NCBI RefSeq assembly: GCF_000143415.4
Contig: NW_003314412.1
Span: forward strand, 186,494 to 250,493
Direction of reading: 5' to 3'
Source of the DNA: Selaginella moellendorffii
Lineage: Eukaryota; Plantae; Lycopodiophyta
DNA: 64,000 nt
Below, one piece after another: positions 1 through 13,100 of the stretch. The number at the start of each line of letters is the position of its first letter. Position 1 is the first letter of the stretch. The translations under genes and the position numbers were made by a program. A model generated the notes under the pieces. It was not told the DNA's origin. It made no database searches and was given only the letters and a program-made list of their open reading frames with translations.

Positions 1-2296
1 AGTCCGTTCCTTACCTGAGGATGACATCCATCCACATTATGGTGATGATTTTACCACACTTGTTTGGCAGTCACGTACTCGAAACGACGATGTAACTTGG
101 TTCAAAAATCAGTTTTATGCTTGCTATGTGGTGTAAAGTATGTCTTTCCCTTTCATTTTATAAAAGCCTCTTTTTATTGTTTTGGTTTTTAGCATTTGGT
201 GAAGCTTAAGCAAGATGTTTACAAACTTGCATATCTGGAAAAGAGTCAGGAAGAGCTCTTGGCTGAATTCATACAAATTGAGCACAAAATTCAGCATGCA
301 AAGTCTTCAAAGTTGAAAAAATTAGTATACATTGTAGACAATCGTAGACTGAAGGAGTGGCTAGAGACTATAATTGAAATTTCTTCTCATGAATGTAAGT
401 TTTTTATCACACTTCATTTTCTCAACTATAGCACTTCGTCAAGGTCAAACTTATCCATGCACTTGCTCCCGCCACCCTTGACGATGCTCTTCACTTGGCA
501 CAACATTATGTGCATATGTTACTTTTGCAGTGAACAAAACTCCAAATGACTTGATTTACAATATCACAAAATCGAAGCTTCTATATAAGCAACAGATAGA
601 GATTTTAGAGTTCCTCAATGTTTGCTTGATGAACAAAGAGAAAAAACTACTAGAATTATTTGAGAACATGATAAGAAAGACTGTCTATATCATACAAACT
701 ATAAGTGAAGTTGAGAAGTTTTTGGCACCGCACATTGGTGACGATCCAAATGGCACATTCATGTCTTTCAACACTTACATCAACACATCATTGGAAGGGA
801 TCAAAGAGGGGTGGCTGCCAGAGAAGTTTACAATCATGACAACTTATGATTGCTAATATGGTTAGCCTTATTTCATATAACATATAGCTTATATATATAA
901 GACATTTTTTAAATATATATTGTTTACAGATATCTTTGATATAGAGGCATGCCATTTGAGGCACCAGTTTGCACTCAACTTGTTGTAAAGGGTGTAAGGG
1001 ATGGAGGAATGTACCCAACAATATTTATAAGAGTTCCAAAGGCATAGAAAATAAAATGCCCTTGGGAGTTGGAGCTTTTAGGGAAGGAGACCTCTACACT
1101 AGACCACAAAGAAGTTGTTAATGCTAGCAACGATGGCAATGCAAGTGATGATGGAGACAAGGATAAACTCCAAATCAAGTTCACATTCCACCACCAGACA
1201 ACCAAGATTAAGCTTCAATTCAACCATCAAACAACTAAGATCCAAATCAGGTTCCACCAGTAAATAATGATTATTGAGTGGTTCATAGAATATTGTGTCA
1301 ACCTTGAGGTAAGAAAAAATGAATTTTACAAACTAATAATTTCATTCCCATGAAGAAGAGTTGGAGGAACTCTCATTAACAACATGTTATATGACAATAA
1401 CATATTATTCATTACTTTTTTCATTCACTTAGCTCTTCTATAGATTTGTCCTATTTCTCTAATAACACAACAAGGTATTGTGGGTGTCTCCATTGGCTCC
1501 TACAGTAGATTGTTGACATCTTTCACAAAAAACAACATCAACATGGATATATCGTGCTAGTTCAACCATTAATGCCGAAAGATACAAAGGCCCTTACTCC
1601 CAGTTGCAGACTTCATTCTTTTCGACTTTCTAGATCGTCTTTTAGATATTGATGGGAAAGTTGAGAATTGGAACTTTCTCACACTTGACCACATACGCAA
1701 TACATTCCTCTTGTCCAAAACACTTATGCTTGAAATTGGCTATGTTGTCTTCATCTTACCAAACGACCCCAACTGTATGTATGAACTTATGACATGTGTA
1801 GCAGAAGTCATTTCAAGTCATTCTCTTCTAAGTGTATCATGGATCCTATTGACATGAATATGAGGGGCATTTAAGGGAAGCCTAAAAAGGTGAGTATATA
1901 TTTTATATTTTTATCTAATTTCTAAACTTTTTTATTTTCTAGGTTATAATAAGGACCTATCATGCCTTCTGCAAAAACACACATGATGGGTTTTGTGATA
2001 GTAAACATGTAGCACATGTTTTGCCTAGGTATGACAGTTCCACTAACATCATACCCAACCCTGTAGATGAGCAAATCTGCAACATATTTCCAAGGTACTA
2101 ATTTCAAACTTCGTCGGCGATGCAAGTCTTATTTGAGCTTTATTGCCCACTAGATGGTGTTGTGATTGATTGCATAGCAAGTAGTGGTTCTATAGTGGAG
2201 GTAGCACGTGACTCTGGTAGGTCGGTGTTTGCTGTTGAAAAACATCATTTCTTCAAACGCTGGCTCAGAGGATTTTGTGAGTCCTCAAGGAGATAA
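1..2296 (+). pseudogene. Decayed multi-exon gene whose 3' part encodes a beta-class N4C/N6A DNA methyltransferase-like domain
   Basis: Manual translation of 1600-1857 gives VADFILFDFLD...WN...LMLEIGYVVFIL (motif IV-VI-like). After a GT-AG intron ending at 1942, 1943-2296 gives RY*FQTSSAMQVLFELYCPLDGVVIDCIASSGSIVEVARDSGRSVFAVEK (motif X-I-II-like). In-frame stops present. Assignment of upstream exon-like segments (1-850) to the same gene is inferred. Confidence 0.55.
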
Positions 2297-4848
2297 ATTA
2301 TATTTATTAATATTTCAAGATATGTTTAATTCTATTTTATAGATCACAATCACTTGGAGTTTTTAGAATTGGAGGCTTTGGAAGTCTCCCCAGCTATAAA
2401 AAAGCCATGGCTCAACATATTGAAGGTGAATCTTCCCCACAATACCAATATAAGAGGAAGCATAAAAGAAATCAATATGTTGATGATGAGGCAGAAGAAA
2501 GTTAATTGCATCCTTACATAAAATGAAAGCTTATTATATGTCAAATATCAATGAAAGTGTCAAATGTCAGTGTCAGTGTCAGATATCATAATTGCAAATC
2601 ATCATTTTCACTTGTCACCATCACTTTGTAGCACTTGTGTGTTGCCATCTCCTCCTTCAACATCTTGTAAACAATTTTATGTGATATGATAGCACCTTCT
2701 AGAACAAAGTATGTTACTTACAACTAATGTCATTTCATTATATTTTTTCTTTTAAAAATGACAATACTATAGTATAGTAAAGTAATTTTAGATCTTACAT
2801 TCCATTGTAGAATGGCCTAAAAACCCCATATTTTGCATTGCCAATATAGTGTTTTTAAGGGGATGTTATTCCTCACCATGAAGCGATAGTGGGTATGTGT
2901 CTATAATTCATTTTTGAATCTATTGTACATCCACATGTGCATATTTTCTAGACCCACTATTGGGCAATTGCTATAGTGCTCAAGAAAAGTTTGTAAACCC
3001 ATAGATCCATTTGTCTTGTCCAAGAAAAAGTAGCATATTCGACATTGAATGTAATAGCATTTTATGCTTTCAAGTAGTCCCATCATGTCAGTAGCAAAAT
3101 CTTGCAAAAACATGTGGCATTGCTCATGAAGCACTGAAGACAATCCTATGTGGAGGTGAAGCTGGAATGTTGGTAGAACTTGGGGATAGAGGTGGAGATT
3201 GATATGAAATGCTGGAGGGCTAAGTATGAGTAGTAGTGACTTTCCTTCGAGCCATTTCAATACAAACTTCCAAGGAGCTCAAGGAGAATAAAAAAATTAT
3301 AATGACTATAACTTTTCTAGATAGTATATACTAAATTTTAGTCTTGGGAATGAGGTTTATTTATTATGACACTAACAATACTTAGATTCTTTAAATGTCA
3401 ATCTTAGAAATGGAGCTTCATAATCATAGCTTGTTTGTAGACATAAGAGCTTCTAGAATTTTAAATTATCATGTATACACATGCTTTATCATTATGATGA
3501 AATTCTACTTTGCTATATATATATTCTTTTCTACACATGCTAAATATTTAGGGAAATAGATTACAAAGAAATATAGACTATATTATAGTGGTAGAGCACG
3601 TTGGCACGCTACCATTCTCTTATGTGATATTACTTTTCAGTTTTGGAAAAGTAGATAAAGTTGATTCTTTGATGTGATATTACTTTTGAGTCTTTCGAAA
3701 GATTTCAATTTCTTTTATTATTATTCACAAACAACTCCCAAAATCTTTTAATGAGGACTCACTTCAAAAATATACTTTGGTCTTATCATATGAGAGGATT
3801 GTGATACAGGCAGGCAACAAAGTTTTTTATATGAATTAATATGTAAATTACAAATGTCATAGAAAGTTTTATAGAGTAAATTTCTTGGTGTTTTCCACCA
3901 TGGTATTCATTTTTTCATTTCTCTTCCTCTGGATTGTTATTTTAGAAGTAATAAGAGCATTTTTATCAATTGTGATAATGGTCTCCACATTCCCAAATGG
4001 GTAATAAGGACCATGAGTGTAATATAAAGATTATGGTAGTGAAATAAAATTAATATTCTCACATTCTTTTACACTATAACTCTTATTCATAAATTTTGTA
4101 TTTTCCTTGCTTCCCATCTTCTCAAAAACCCTAAAAAATCTTTTGAATGAAGGAATAGTATCTACAGTTGTAAAAGTATTCAAAATATTAAGTAGTCAAA
4201 TCAAAATATGATAGCTGTAACAGTAGTCATAATAAAATAATATAGCTTTACAAAAGATAGGTTTTCATGAACTTTGTCTTTTTTAAACAATTCAATCTTA
4301 TAAAAACTTTTAACTCAAATATTTATGTATTTAAATACTTTAAAGTTTGCTAGAATCTTCATTTGTTCAATTTAAACTTCCTTTCTAAGACTTTTAATTG
4401 ACCGTATTGACTTGAGTTGACTTGTGTTGAATTGAGCTCAACTCAACTTTGGACCATCCCCACATGATAGCAAACGTGTTTGGCAAGCACGGTAAACTAT
4501 TATTTTGCGATATTGAGGAACTAATCTCAATATGAAAGGGTTCTTGTCAAGGTAGTGCAATACAGAACAAGAGAGAATTTAGAGCCAAGCCAAGTATGCT
4601 CAACAAGAAACTTATAGGAGTTTCTACCTTATGTTCATCTAGTTAAGTACAGATGATAAACCCAATTTACTAACACTTGATTAAAAGGGGCTGATAAGGT
4701 AACTATCAATAATGACCTTTTGCCATTGTGGCAGTAAAGATTAGCCAACAAGTAACTTTTTAATATTTATGCTCACCATTCACAACAATACATTTATTTT
4801 TCTTTAAGCCCAAGATCTCAACCATAAAATCATCATTGGAAAGGATAT

Positions 4849-5107
4849 TGTCAAGACCCCCAACAAGATCAAGACTGGAAAATGCATAAAACAAAGAGAA
4901 AAGCTAGTAGAAACGAAAACGGCCTAAATATAGCTGAGGTCGAGGAGGCACCATATCATCATTAGGAATGTGGCTCGAGACTCAAGAATCATACGGGAAA
5001 TCAGGGAGTCAGGAATAGGGAAGTGTCTTGAGAGTCAGGAATGTGGTCTGCAGATCAGGAATCCGGCGAGAGTCAGGAATGTGGCAAGAATTGGGGGATT
5101 TCTGACA
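4849..5107 (-). repeat. 3' LTR (259 bp, internally deleted)
   Basis: Matches 9778-10164 but lacks ~100 bp (~9857-9955); contains GAGTCAGGAAT subrepeats. Confidence 0.9.
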
Positions 5108-8100
5108 GCACCCCCTCCTCAAGAACGAGTGGAACGAGGACGTGACTGAGAATGAAGAGGAGGATAAGATGGGCGGCGAGGGACGGGAGATGGAGAAAAA
5201 GAATGAGGACTGGGATGAGAAGGATAGCGGCAATGGAAGTCTTGAACAAGGTCAAGAGAATGAATCAGGTTGTCCGCAGGTTCCCAAGTGCATTCTTCAG
5301 GTCCATAACCCTTCCAATCGACCAGATAGTAGAGTTTAGACTGTGCAATCTTGGAATCAAGGATGTCCTGAACCTCGTACTCAGACCCATCCTCGAACTG
5401 CACTGGTGGAGGCGGAGGAATGACCCGATTTGGAATAGGACTGGGAATATAAGGCTCAAGGAGAGAGGAGTGAAAAACGGGGTGAATTTGATATGAAGAG
5501 GGAAGTGCAAGGTGATAAGTGACAGGATTAATGATGGCAGTGATAGGGAAAGGACTGAGGTGTTGAAATCGAGTTTGGGACATGGCTTGGTCGTGGAGAT
5601 ATTTTGCCTGAGGAGCCAAACTTTATCCCCAATATTGTAAAGGGGACAATCCTGACAATGGACATTGGCAAATGTTTTATGAGATTCTTGAGCACGATGG
5701 AGGTGGAAAAAGATGGAGTTGTGGATTTCCTGGAGGTTGGAGACAAATGCCTCAGAGCGGGCATTTGAATGAGAGGATTCGGATGGAGAAGGAAGTGAGA
5801 GATTGAATTGGGGATTTCGGCCAGAGTTTGCAAAGAAGGGGGAAACTCGAAGAGAGGAGTGAACAGAGTTGTTATAGGAGAACTCAGCAAGGGGAAGGAT
5901 ATCGAACCAGTCATCCTGATGATAGTTGATGAAGCACCTCAGGAATTGTTCCAACGTCTGAATCATTCGCTTAGATTATCCATCAGTTTGAGGATGATAC
6001 ATTGAAGAGAGGTTGGCCTTCACTCCAAGTAGCTGCAAAAACCGTTGCCAGAAATGAGAGATGAACTGAGGTCCCCGATCCGAAACCACATCTACAGGAA
6101 TCCCATGAAGTCAGAAAATTTCCCTAAATACCAATTTTGCCATGTCCTCACCTGAAAACTCCTTGGTACGCGGCAGGAAGTGTGCCATCTTTGTGAAGCG
6201 ATCCATCAAGACTAAAATGCTGTTGAAGCCTCCAAAACTCGGAAGATCACTCAAGAAATCCATGGAGATGGATTCCCAAGGACATAAAGGGACCGGGAGG
6301 GAACGAAGCAAACCTGAAGGAAGGTGGCGAGGTACTTTATTCTGGGCGCAAGTGTCACAGGAGGTAACAAAAGCTTTGATTTAGTCTTCCATGTGAGGCC
6401 ACCAAAAGTCCTGTGCAACCAGCTCATAGGTTTTCGCAATGCCGAAGTGACTAGTAGTCGGGCTATCGTGGCACACCATCAGAACCAACCTTCAAGCATC
6501 ACCTTTAGAAATGTAAAACTGCTCCCCACGGTACAACAAGCCATCTAAGAACTCGAACTCGTCAAATCGCCGGCAATCGGGAGTCACTGGGTGTCCAGCC
6601 TTAAGATAGGGGAAAATGTCGCTGGTGAGGTTATCGGATTGAAGATCGTTTCTGATCGCATCCATCAAGGAGGAGAGGCAAGATTACCAGGCCTGAGACT
6701 GAGATAGGAGTGCCTTGAAAGAGCATCAGGAAGGCCTTGAAGCTTTTCTGGTCTGTACTTGATAACAAAGTCAAACCGACTCAGGAATTGTGCCCACCTT
6801 GCCTGATAACGGCTCAAAACTCAGGAAGTGGCAAAGTACTCGAGATTTTTGTGATCGGTCCAAACCGTTGTTTGATGGCTCGCCCCCTCCAAGAAACAAC
6901 AACACTCTCCAAAGGAATCCACGATGGCAAGGAGCTCTTTGTCGTGAATTTCATAATTAATCTCCGCAAGCTGGAATTTCCAAGAATGGAAAGCAACCGG
7001 ATGAAATTCTTGATTTGCTCCAAGTTGAGACAGCACATCACCGATGGCAAAGTCGGAGGCGTCAGCCTCGATGAAGAAAGGTTATGAGGGATCAGCGTGG
7101 ATCAAGACAGGAGTAGAACTGAAAGCCGCCTTGAGTGTGTCGAAGGCTTGCTGGGCAGCAGTAGAGCAAGAGAAGGGAACATCCTTGCGAGTGAGATGCG
7201 TGAAAGGAAGGACAATGTCAGAGTAGTGATCAATGAATTTGCGGTAGAAGTTGGCAAAGCCAAGGAAAACCTTAATGTCCGACATCGATTGTGGAGGCTC
7301 CCATTCGAGAATAGTCTTAACTTTGGCAAAATTCATCATAATACCCTCAGGAGTGACAATGTACCCAAAGAACTCCACAGAATCCTAATCGAAGAAACAT
7401 TTCTCAAGCTTCACGTATAGGCTATGTTCCTGCAGCTTTGCCAGCACCTTGCGCACGTGCTCGTTGTGCTCCTTCTGAGTTTTTTAGTAGATGAGGATGT
7501 CATCGAGGTAGACAATCACCATCTGATCAAGAAACTCCCAAAAGACATCATTTGCCATGTGTTGGAAAACTGCTGAAGCATTTGTCAAGCCAAATGGCAT
7601 GACAGTGTACTCAAAGTGGCCATAGTGGGTTCAGAATGCAGTCTTCCATTCATCACCAAGCCGGATCCAGATCAGGTTGTATGCTCTACAAAGGTCAATC
7701 TTGGTGAAGAAGTGAGCACTACCGAGGCATTCCAACAGGTCCGAGATCAGGGGCAACGGATAACAGTTCCGAACAGTCACCTTGTTCAAACATCGGTAGT
7801 CGATGACTAGCCACAAACTCCCATCCTTCTTCTTGACAAAGAAGAGAGGCACTCCAGCCGGGGACTACGAATGCTGAATGTACCCCGAGGAGGTTCTCAT
7901 CCACGTACTCTTTGACCTTAAGCTCGGATGGGTATAACTCATAGATAGGCAGGCCCCCACGGAGGTGACGCTCCTTCCTGTAAATGAATGGGATAGTCAT
8001 AAGGCTGATGAACAAGTAGTACACTAGCTTTTTTCTTGTTAAACACATCCCCAAAATCATGATACTTCTCAGGAAGACTAACAGAAGAAACATGCAAAAG

Positions 8101-9777
8101 CAAAAAGGAAAATAGGTTCTTCATGAAGGAGTTCTTTCATAGTAATTGTGGAGATAGGAGGAGGCGTACAGCTAAATGAAATGATGAGACGAGGATACTG
8201 TCCAATGTAAGATGGAAGACAGGAAAAAGAAGAGGGTGAAAACTTCGTAGAGTCAAGAATAGAATCCCGATTTGAGTTTAGGGAACTTTTCCTGATTCAA
8301 ACTCGATGAACAGCAAGGGAAGCCATGGGAGATGGTGATGTGGGAGATACGAGCTGTAATTCCTTCTAACAAATCTGAGGCTGATGTAGTTGGAACTAAG
8401 GAAGGCTGAGCACCACAAAGGAGGACTTGCTGTTGATGATGTTGAAGGCGATATCAGTGAGAGTGGACCCGATGTGTACTCGAACGGGCAATGTTTCCCT
8501 AAGTCCAGAAGATGGAGACACAAAATGCACGCCAATGCCTTCAACCCTTAGATCCCGTATGGTAGGAGAAAGAGGAACATGATGTCGGGCAGCAAAGTCC
8601 ATGTCCATGAAGCAGGAAGTTGCACCTGAGTCCAGTAGCACCAGAGCCTTGAGTCCTGATTGTCTGGTGAAAGAAAGGAGACATGGGACGTGGAAGCTGC
8701 GGGAATTGATGGTGGCTTTGATGAAAGGTGGTGAGGAGCTTGATAAAGAAGAAAAGTGATTTTTATTCGGGGAGTCCAAACAGATAGCTCCTACTCTGTT
8801 TGGACAGGGTTGTTTCCTGACTACAACAGAGGTGGATTTTGATTATGAGGTATTCGACGTTGCTTCTCAGCAAGACTCAATTTCCCTCTTATGAGTCGGG
8901 GAGTACCAGAAATATCCATCGGGACCGGAGCAATAGGTTCAAGAGTATGCCCTGAAGACTCAAGCTAGGATTCCTAAGTCTGGGACGGGAAAACGGCAGC
9001 ACAACAACTTTCCTAATGATGTTCAAAGAGACAATTGTTGCATCGAATAGCTTTGTTGATGGTGTCCGATAGGTCCGTGGGATCTTCCATGGTGAGCAAC
9101 AAATCCTTAACACCGTTGTTGAGGCCGAAACGAAATTGCTCAATTAGGGCTTGCTTATCCCATTGAGTGTCCAAGGCAAGGAGTTGGAACTCTACAGCAT
9201 AGATCGAGGCAGGACGAGACCCCTGAGAGAGACGTCTCATCTTTGTGGTGGCAACCCGAACCCGATTTGTCTCACCAAAACATGCTTCGAGCTTCTCTTT
9301 GAACAATTGAAGATCCATCAGCTCCAAAACCACAACCCCTTTCATGCTTTTCTCAAGGAGACGAGAAAACCATGACAAAGCTGCACCTTCAAGCAACATC
9401 CCAATCGCGCTGATTTAAGACTCGGAAGTGGGGTACCGCCAATGTTGAAGTGCGAAGGTCAGCTCCATTTGGTTCAAGAATCCGCGAAGCTCTGAACGCT
9501 TGCTTGAAAATTTTGCCAGGAAACTCATCTTCGGTTCAGGAACTTTGCTGGATCCTTGAGCCAAAAGTGAAGCAAGCTCCTATTGCATGCGAAGAAGGGT
9601 CACCTTCAACTCGATATTCTCAGATTGGATTTTTGCAAGGACTTCAGCAAAGAAATCAGGATGGCTTGGAGACTCCATCGGCAAAGGAGAAAGAAAAAAG
9701 GGGGAAAAAAGGCAAAGGCAGTCAAACAATCAAAATGAGCTAAAGCAAAAAATGAAAAAACACAATCTGAATCAAAC

Positions 9778-10164
9778 TGTCAAGACCCCCAACAAGATCA
9801 AGACTGGAAAATGCATAAGACAAAGAGAAAAGCTAGTGGAAACGAAGAAAAGGCCTTAGACTGGCATTAATTCAGATTGTGGAGAAATGGAACAAGGCTA
9901 ACCTATATATACTATAGGTTGATGAAGCTCCACCACTCTTGGAAAAAAGACAGCTTAAATATAGTTAAGGTCGAAAAAGTGCCATATCATCATTAGGAAT
10001 GTGGCTCGAGACTCAGGAATTGTATGGGAAATCAGAGAGTCAGGAATAAAGAAGTGTCTCAAGAGTCAGGAATAGGGAAGTGCCTCGAGAGTCAGGAATG
10101 TGGTCTGCAAGTCAAGAATCTGGCGAGAGTTAGGAATGTGGCAAGAATTGGGGGATTCCTGACA
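9778..10164 (-). repeat. 5' LTR (387 bp) with TATA box
   Basis: TGTCAAGACCCCC...CCTGACA; TATATA at ~9904-9911; GAGTCAGGAAT subrepeats. Confidence 0.9.
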
Positions 10165-13100
10165 GATATGGTTTGAATAAGAAACACCACTTGATCAACA
10201 GAAAATGTTTAACAAAAAAATTTCATCCAACAGATAAATAATAATATACTCCAACAAATCAATAATAATATACTCTTGTCATCACAGGAAAGATTTTATT
10301 AAATTATAAACCACAAAAATAAGAAGAAGATTATATAATTAACTCTTTTAACTATCATTCTAATGCATTTTGGCAAATGAGATCTAACCTATCTCACATT
10401 CTAATCATTTATCCTTGATTTTAATGTTTTATATACACTATAAGAAGCAAAAATTACCTATACTAAGTACTATAAATTCATCATTTGAATCAATTTCAAA
10501 TACCAATATTTTTTATCAATATCATCACCACTTAATAGGGATTAATCAATATATCATTTCTCCAACTGTACAAAAACATTGTGTTGCTAAAGGTGTTAGA
10601 AAGTAAGACAAAGATAATAGTCATACTCTTTTTGAGTCTCAAAGAAGATAAAAAAATTATCTAAATGAATGACAATAACAAAATCAAGAAAATCAATATG
10701 TCGAAAAATAACAAGAGTGTTGGTTAAACTAAAAAGTATCATTATATACTTTAAATGGTCATAACAAGTACAAAAATTATTTTCCACTCACCACCCTCCT
10801 AAAAGTGGATAAGGTTATAAAAAGCAATAGATGAAGTTTACTATTTGCTATCTTTTCCAACAAAAGAAAAATCTATAACATCTTCCTTAAAAAAAAAAAT
10901 TTATGTTGTTTGGGTAAATGAAAGTTAGAGTGAATGTAAATACAAACTTAAAATATCAAAATAAGTTTAATCAGTAGAAAACCATATAAAATTAATATTT
11001 TTTATATGAGTTACATTAGAAGGAGAGTGATTTTAGAGAAGTCCAAAGCAAGTGTCAATAAAAGTTCACAAAACCAAAAGAGTTTTAGATATTATGAATA
11101 AAAGTTGAGTGTTGTCACTTAAGAATGGTAGAAACCTTGGTAGGATGTTACATGAGGAAACAATATAGCCAAAAAACTCTATTGAATTATAATCAAAATA
11201 ACATTTCTCTAACTTTGTAAAAATGCTATATTATTGAAGGTGCTAGAGAACAAAATGAACATGATGGTTATGCATTTCTTGAGTCTAATAGAAGGTAAAA
11301 ATGTTATTAAGATAAATGATAATAAAAATATCAAGAAAATCACAAAAGATATTACTTGCCATATATTAAAAAATAATAAGGGTATTGGTTAAACAAAAAA
11401 ACATCAAAAATTCAAGTTTTCTAAGGTTTAGCTATTTACTTTCTCAATCTTTGCTTTGATGAATATAAAAGAGTCAAGAACCTAATAGCTTACTAGTGGT
11501 TGCATTGGGAAGAGATAAGAGAGATCACTTAGGATAGCACTCCATTATGATGAATAGAATCAAAAGAGTGAGTAGTTAGATGATTTTAAATCACAACAAA
11601 ATTGTAGCTTCCAAGCATGACATGAGTAGAGAAATTATCTTAGTTAGCTAAGATTTAGTTGTTATTAAGAAACTTGTGGCACTATCTACTGTATGATGCT
11701 GCTCTTTTATAAGGCCACAATATGGTTTAAAATCTTAACCACTAACTACTTTCTGGATTAAATTATAGAGAATGCAACTTCTGACTAATCACAAGGTCCT
11801 CACTATTGGCTAAATGGATCACACCACATGTTAAGATTAACATCTGATAGTTCTAATTTACCTCTGGCTAGGCTCGACTTGAAGGGTAAGATGTTAAAAG
11901 AGTGTTGTTCTTGAAAAAGTTGTAACTCTCAACTTTCATTTATGAGAGTGTGAACTTATAAGAAAGTATAATGAATTATAAGCAACCAAAGAGAATGACT
12001 TTAAAAACGATAAGAAGTTCAAATATAAAGAGAAAGAGTACATGAATAAAAATTCTTTTCTAATTGGTTAAAAGTCTTAAGATACTTAAAGTTAAATATC
12101 TTTTGGGTTTAAATAATACTAGGCTAGGTGACCTTTTAGTCTGAATCGAAATTCAGGAGTTTATATAGGGCTCAAGAGTTACAATTACCCATTATATATA
12201 GTTATAGAGGAGAAAAATTTCCTTCTTTTAATCGGTTAAAGGTTTTGGGATACTTAAAGCTAAATATTATTAGTTTGAATAGTACTGGACCAGATGACCT
12301 CCTGATCTGAATCCAAATTCAAAAGCTTATATAGGACTCAAGAGTTACAATTACCTATCATGCATAGCTATAGAGGAGAAAAATCCACTTCTCTCAATCT
12401 AACTTGAGTAATGACTTCTTTATTCATGTTTTACACTCTTTTTCTTTTAAGATAGGCAATTTTGTAATAGTAGGTTGTAAACAAGATGAAGCTATATATC
12501 AAAATATATTTCTTTATCTTAATTGTTGCTCTTAAACCTTTTCTAATCGGTTTGTAGTCATACAAATATTACAAGTAGTGACTTGTTATACAAATTAAAT
12601 CTTAAGTTCTTAAACTCTTGGATAAAAATATCTTAAACTTCTCAAATATTGGTAGTATCTATGATTAGAGTGGTAACACTATGCAATAGAATGGCTATCA
12701 AGGATGTGATGTTAAAATATACTATCCATGATCTTTAGTGCTTTTTTCTTACACCAAGCACTATTGCTTTAATTGTTAGATTTTGAATGGATGGATTACA
12801 TCTAAAGGCTATCTGATGTGAGAGAATTTATTCTTGTGCTTGGTTTAGAAAGTTTGAAGATTGTGGAGTGACACATAGTTGTGATGGGAGGAGCAATTGT
12901 AAAATGAACTTCCAGCTCATACATACTTAATTACCTTGCTCAATATTAAAAATTAACTTATCTATAAAAGTCATTAAAGTGTCATAGAAAGAGGTAATAA
13001 CCTCTAGGTGAAAACCTAAGCTCTGAAAAATCAGCTTATAATGCTAGTTAAATAGTGATTATCATCACTATCTTGTTTCAGAGAGAAAATACAAATGTCA

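Larger units (their letters stand above)
4849..10164 (-). mobile_element. Full-length degenerate Ty3/Gypsy chromovirus LTR retrotransposon (Tcn1/Tf1-like)
   Basis: TG...CA LTRs at 4849-5107 and 9778-10164; TSD GATAT at 4844-4848 and 10165-10169; polypurine tract next to the 3' LTR (~5108-5121). Minus-strand order: gag (~9013-9400), protease LLDSGAT (8396-8779), RT YLDD (~7500), RNase H (~6820-7040), integrase (~5300-6440), chromodomain YEVQDILDS..YLVDWKGYGPEECTWEP. Many stops and frameshifts. Confidence 0.95.

Noticed and set aside
1069-1263. Small ORF with repeated KIK.QF.HQTT
   Set aside because: A ~33-bp tandem repeat inside the decayed gene; no support as a separate peptide gene.
4975-5090. 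GAGTCAGGAAT repeats with short spacers, superficially CRISPR-like
   Set aside because: They are LTR subrepeats present in both LTRs; spacers are short and related; no cas genes; eukaryotic context.
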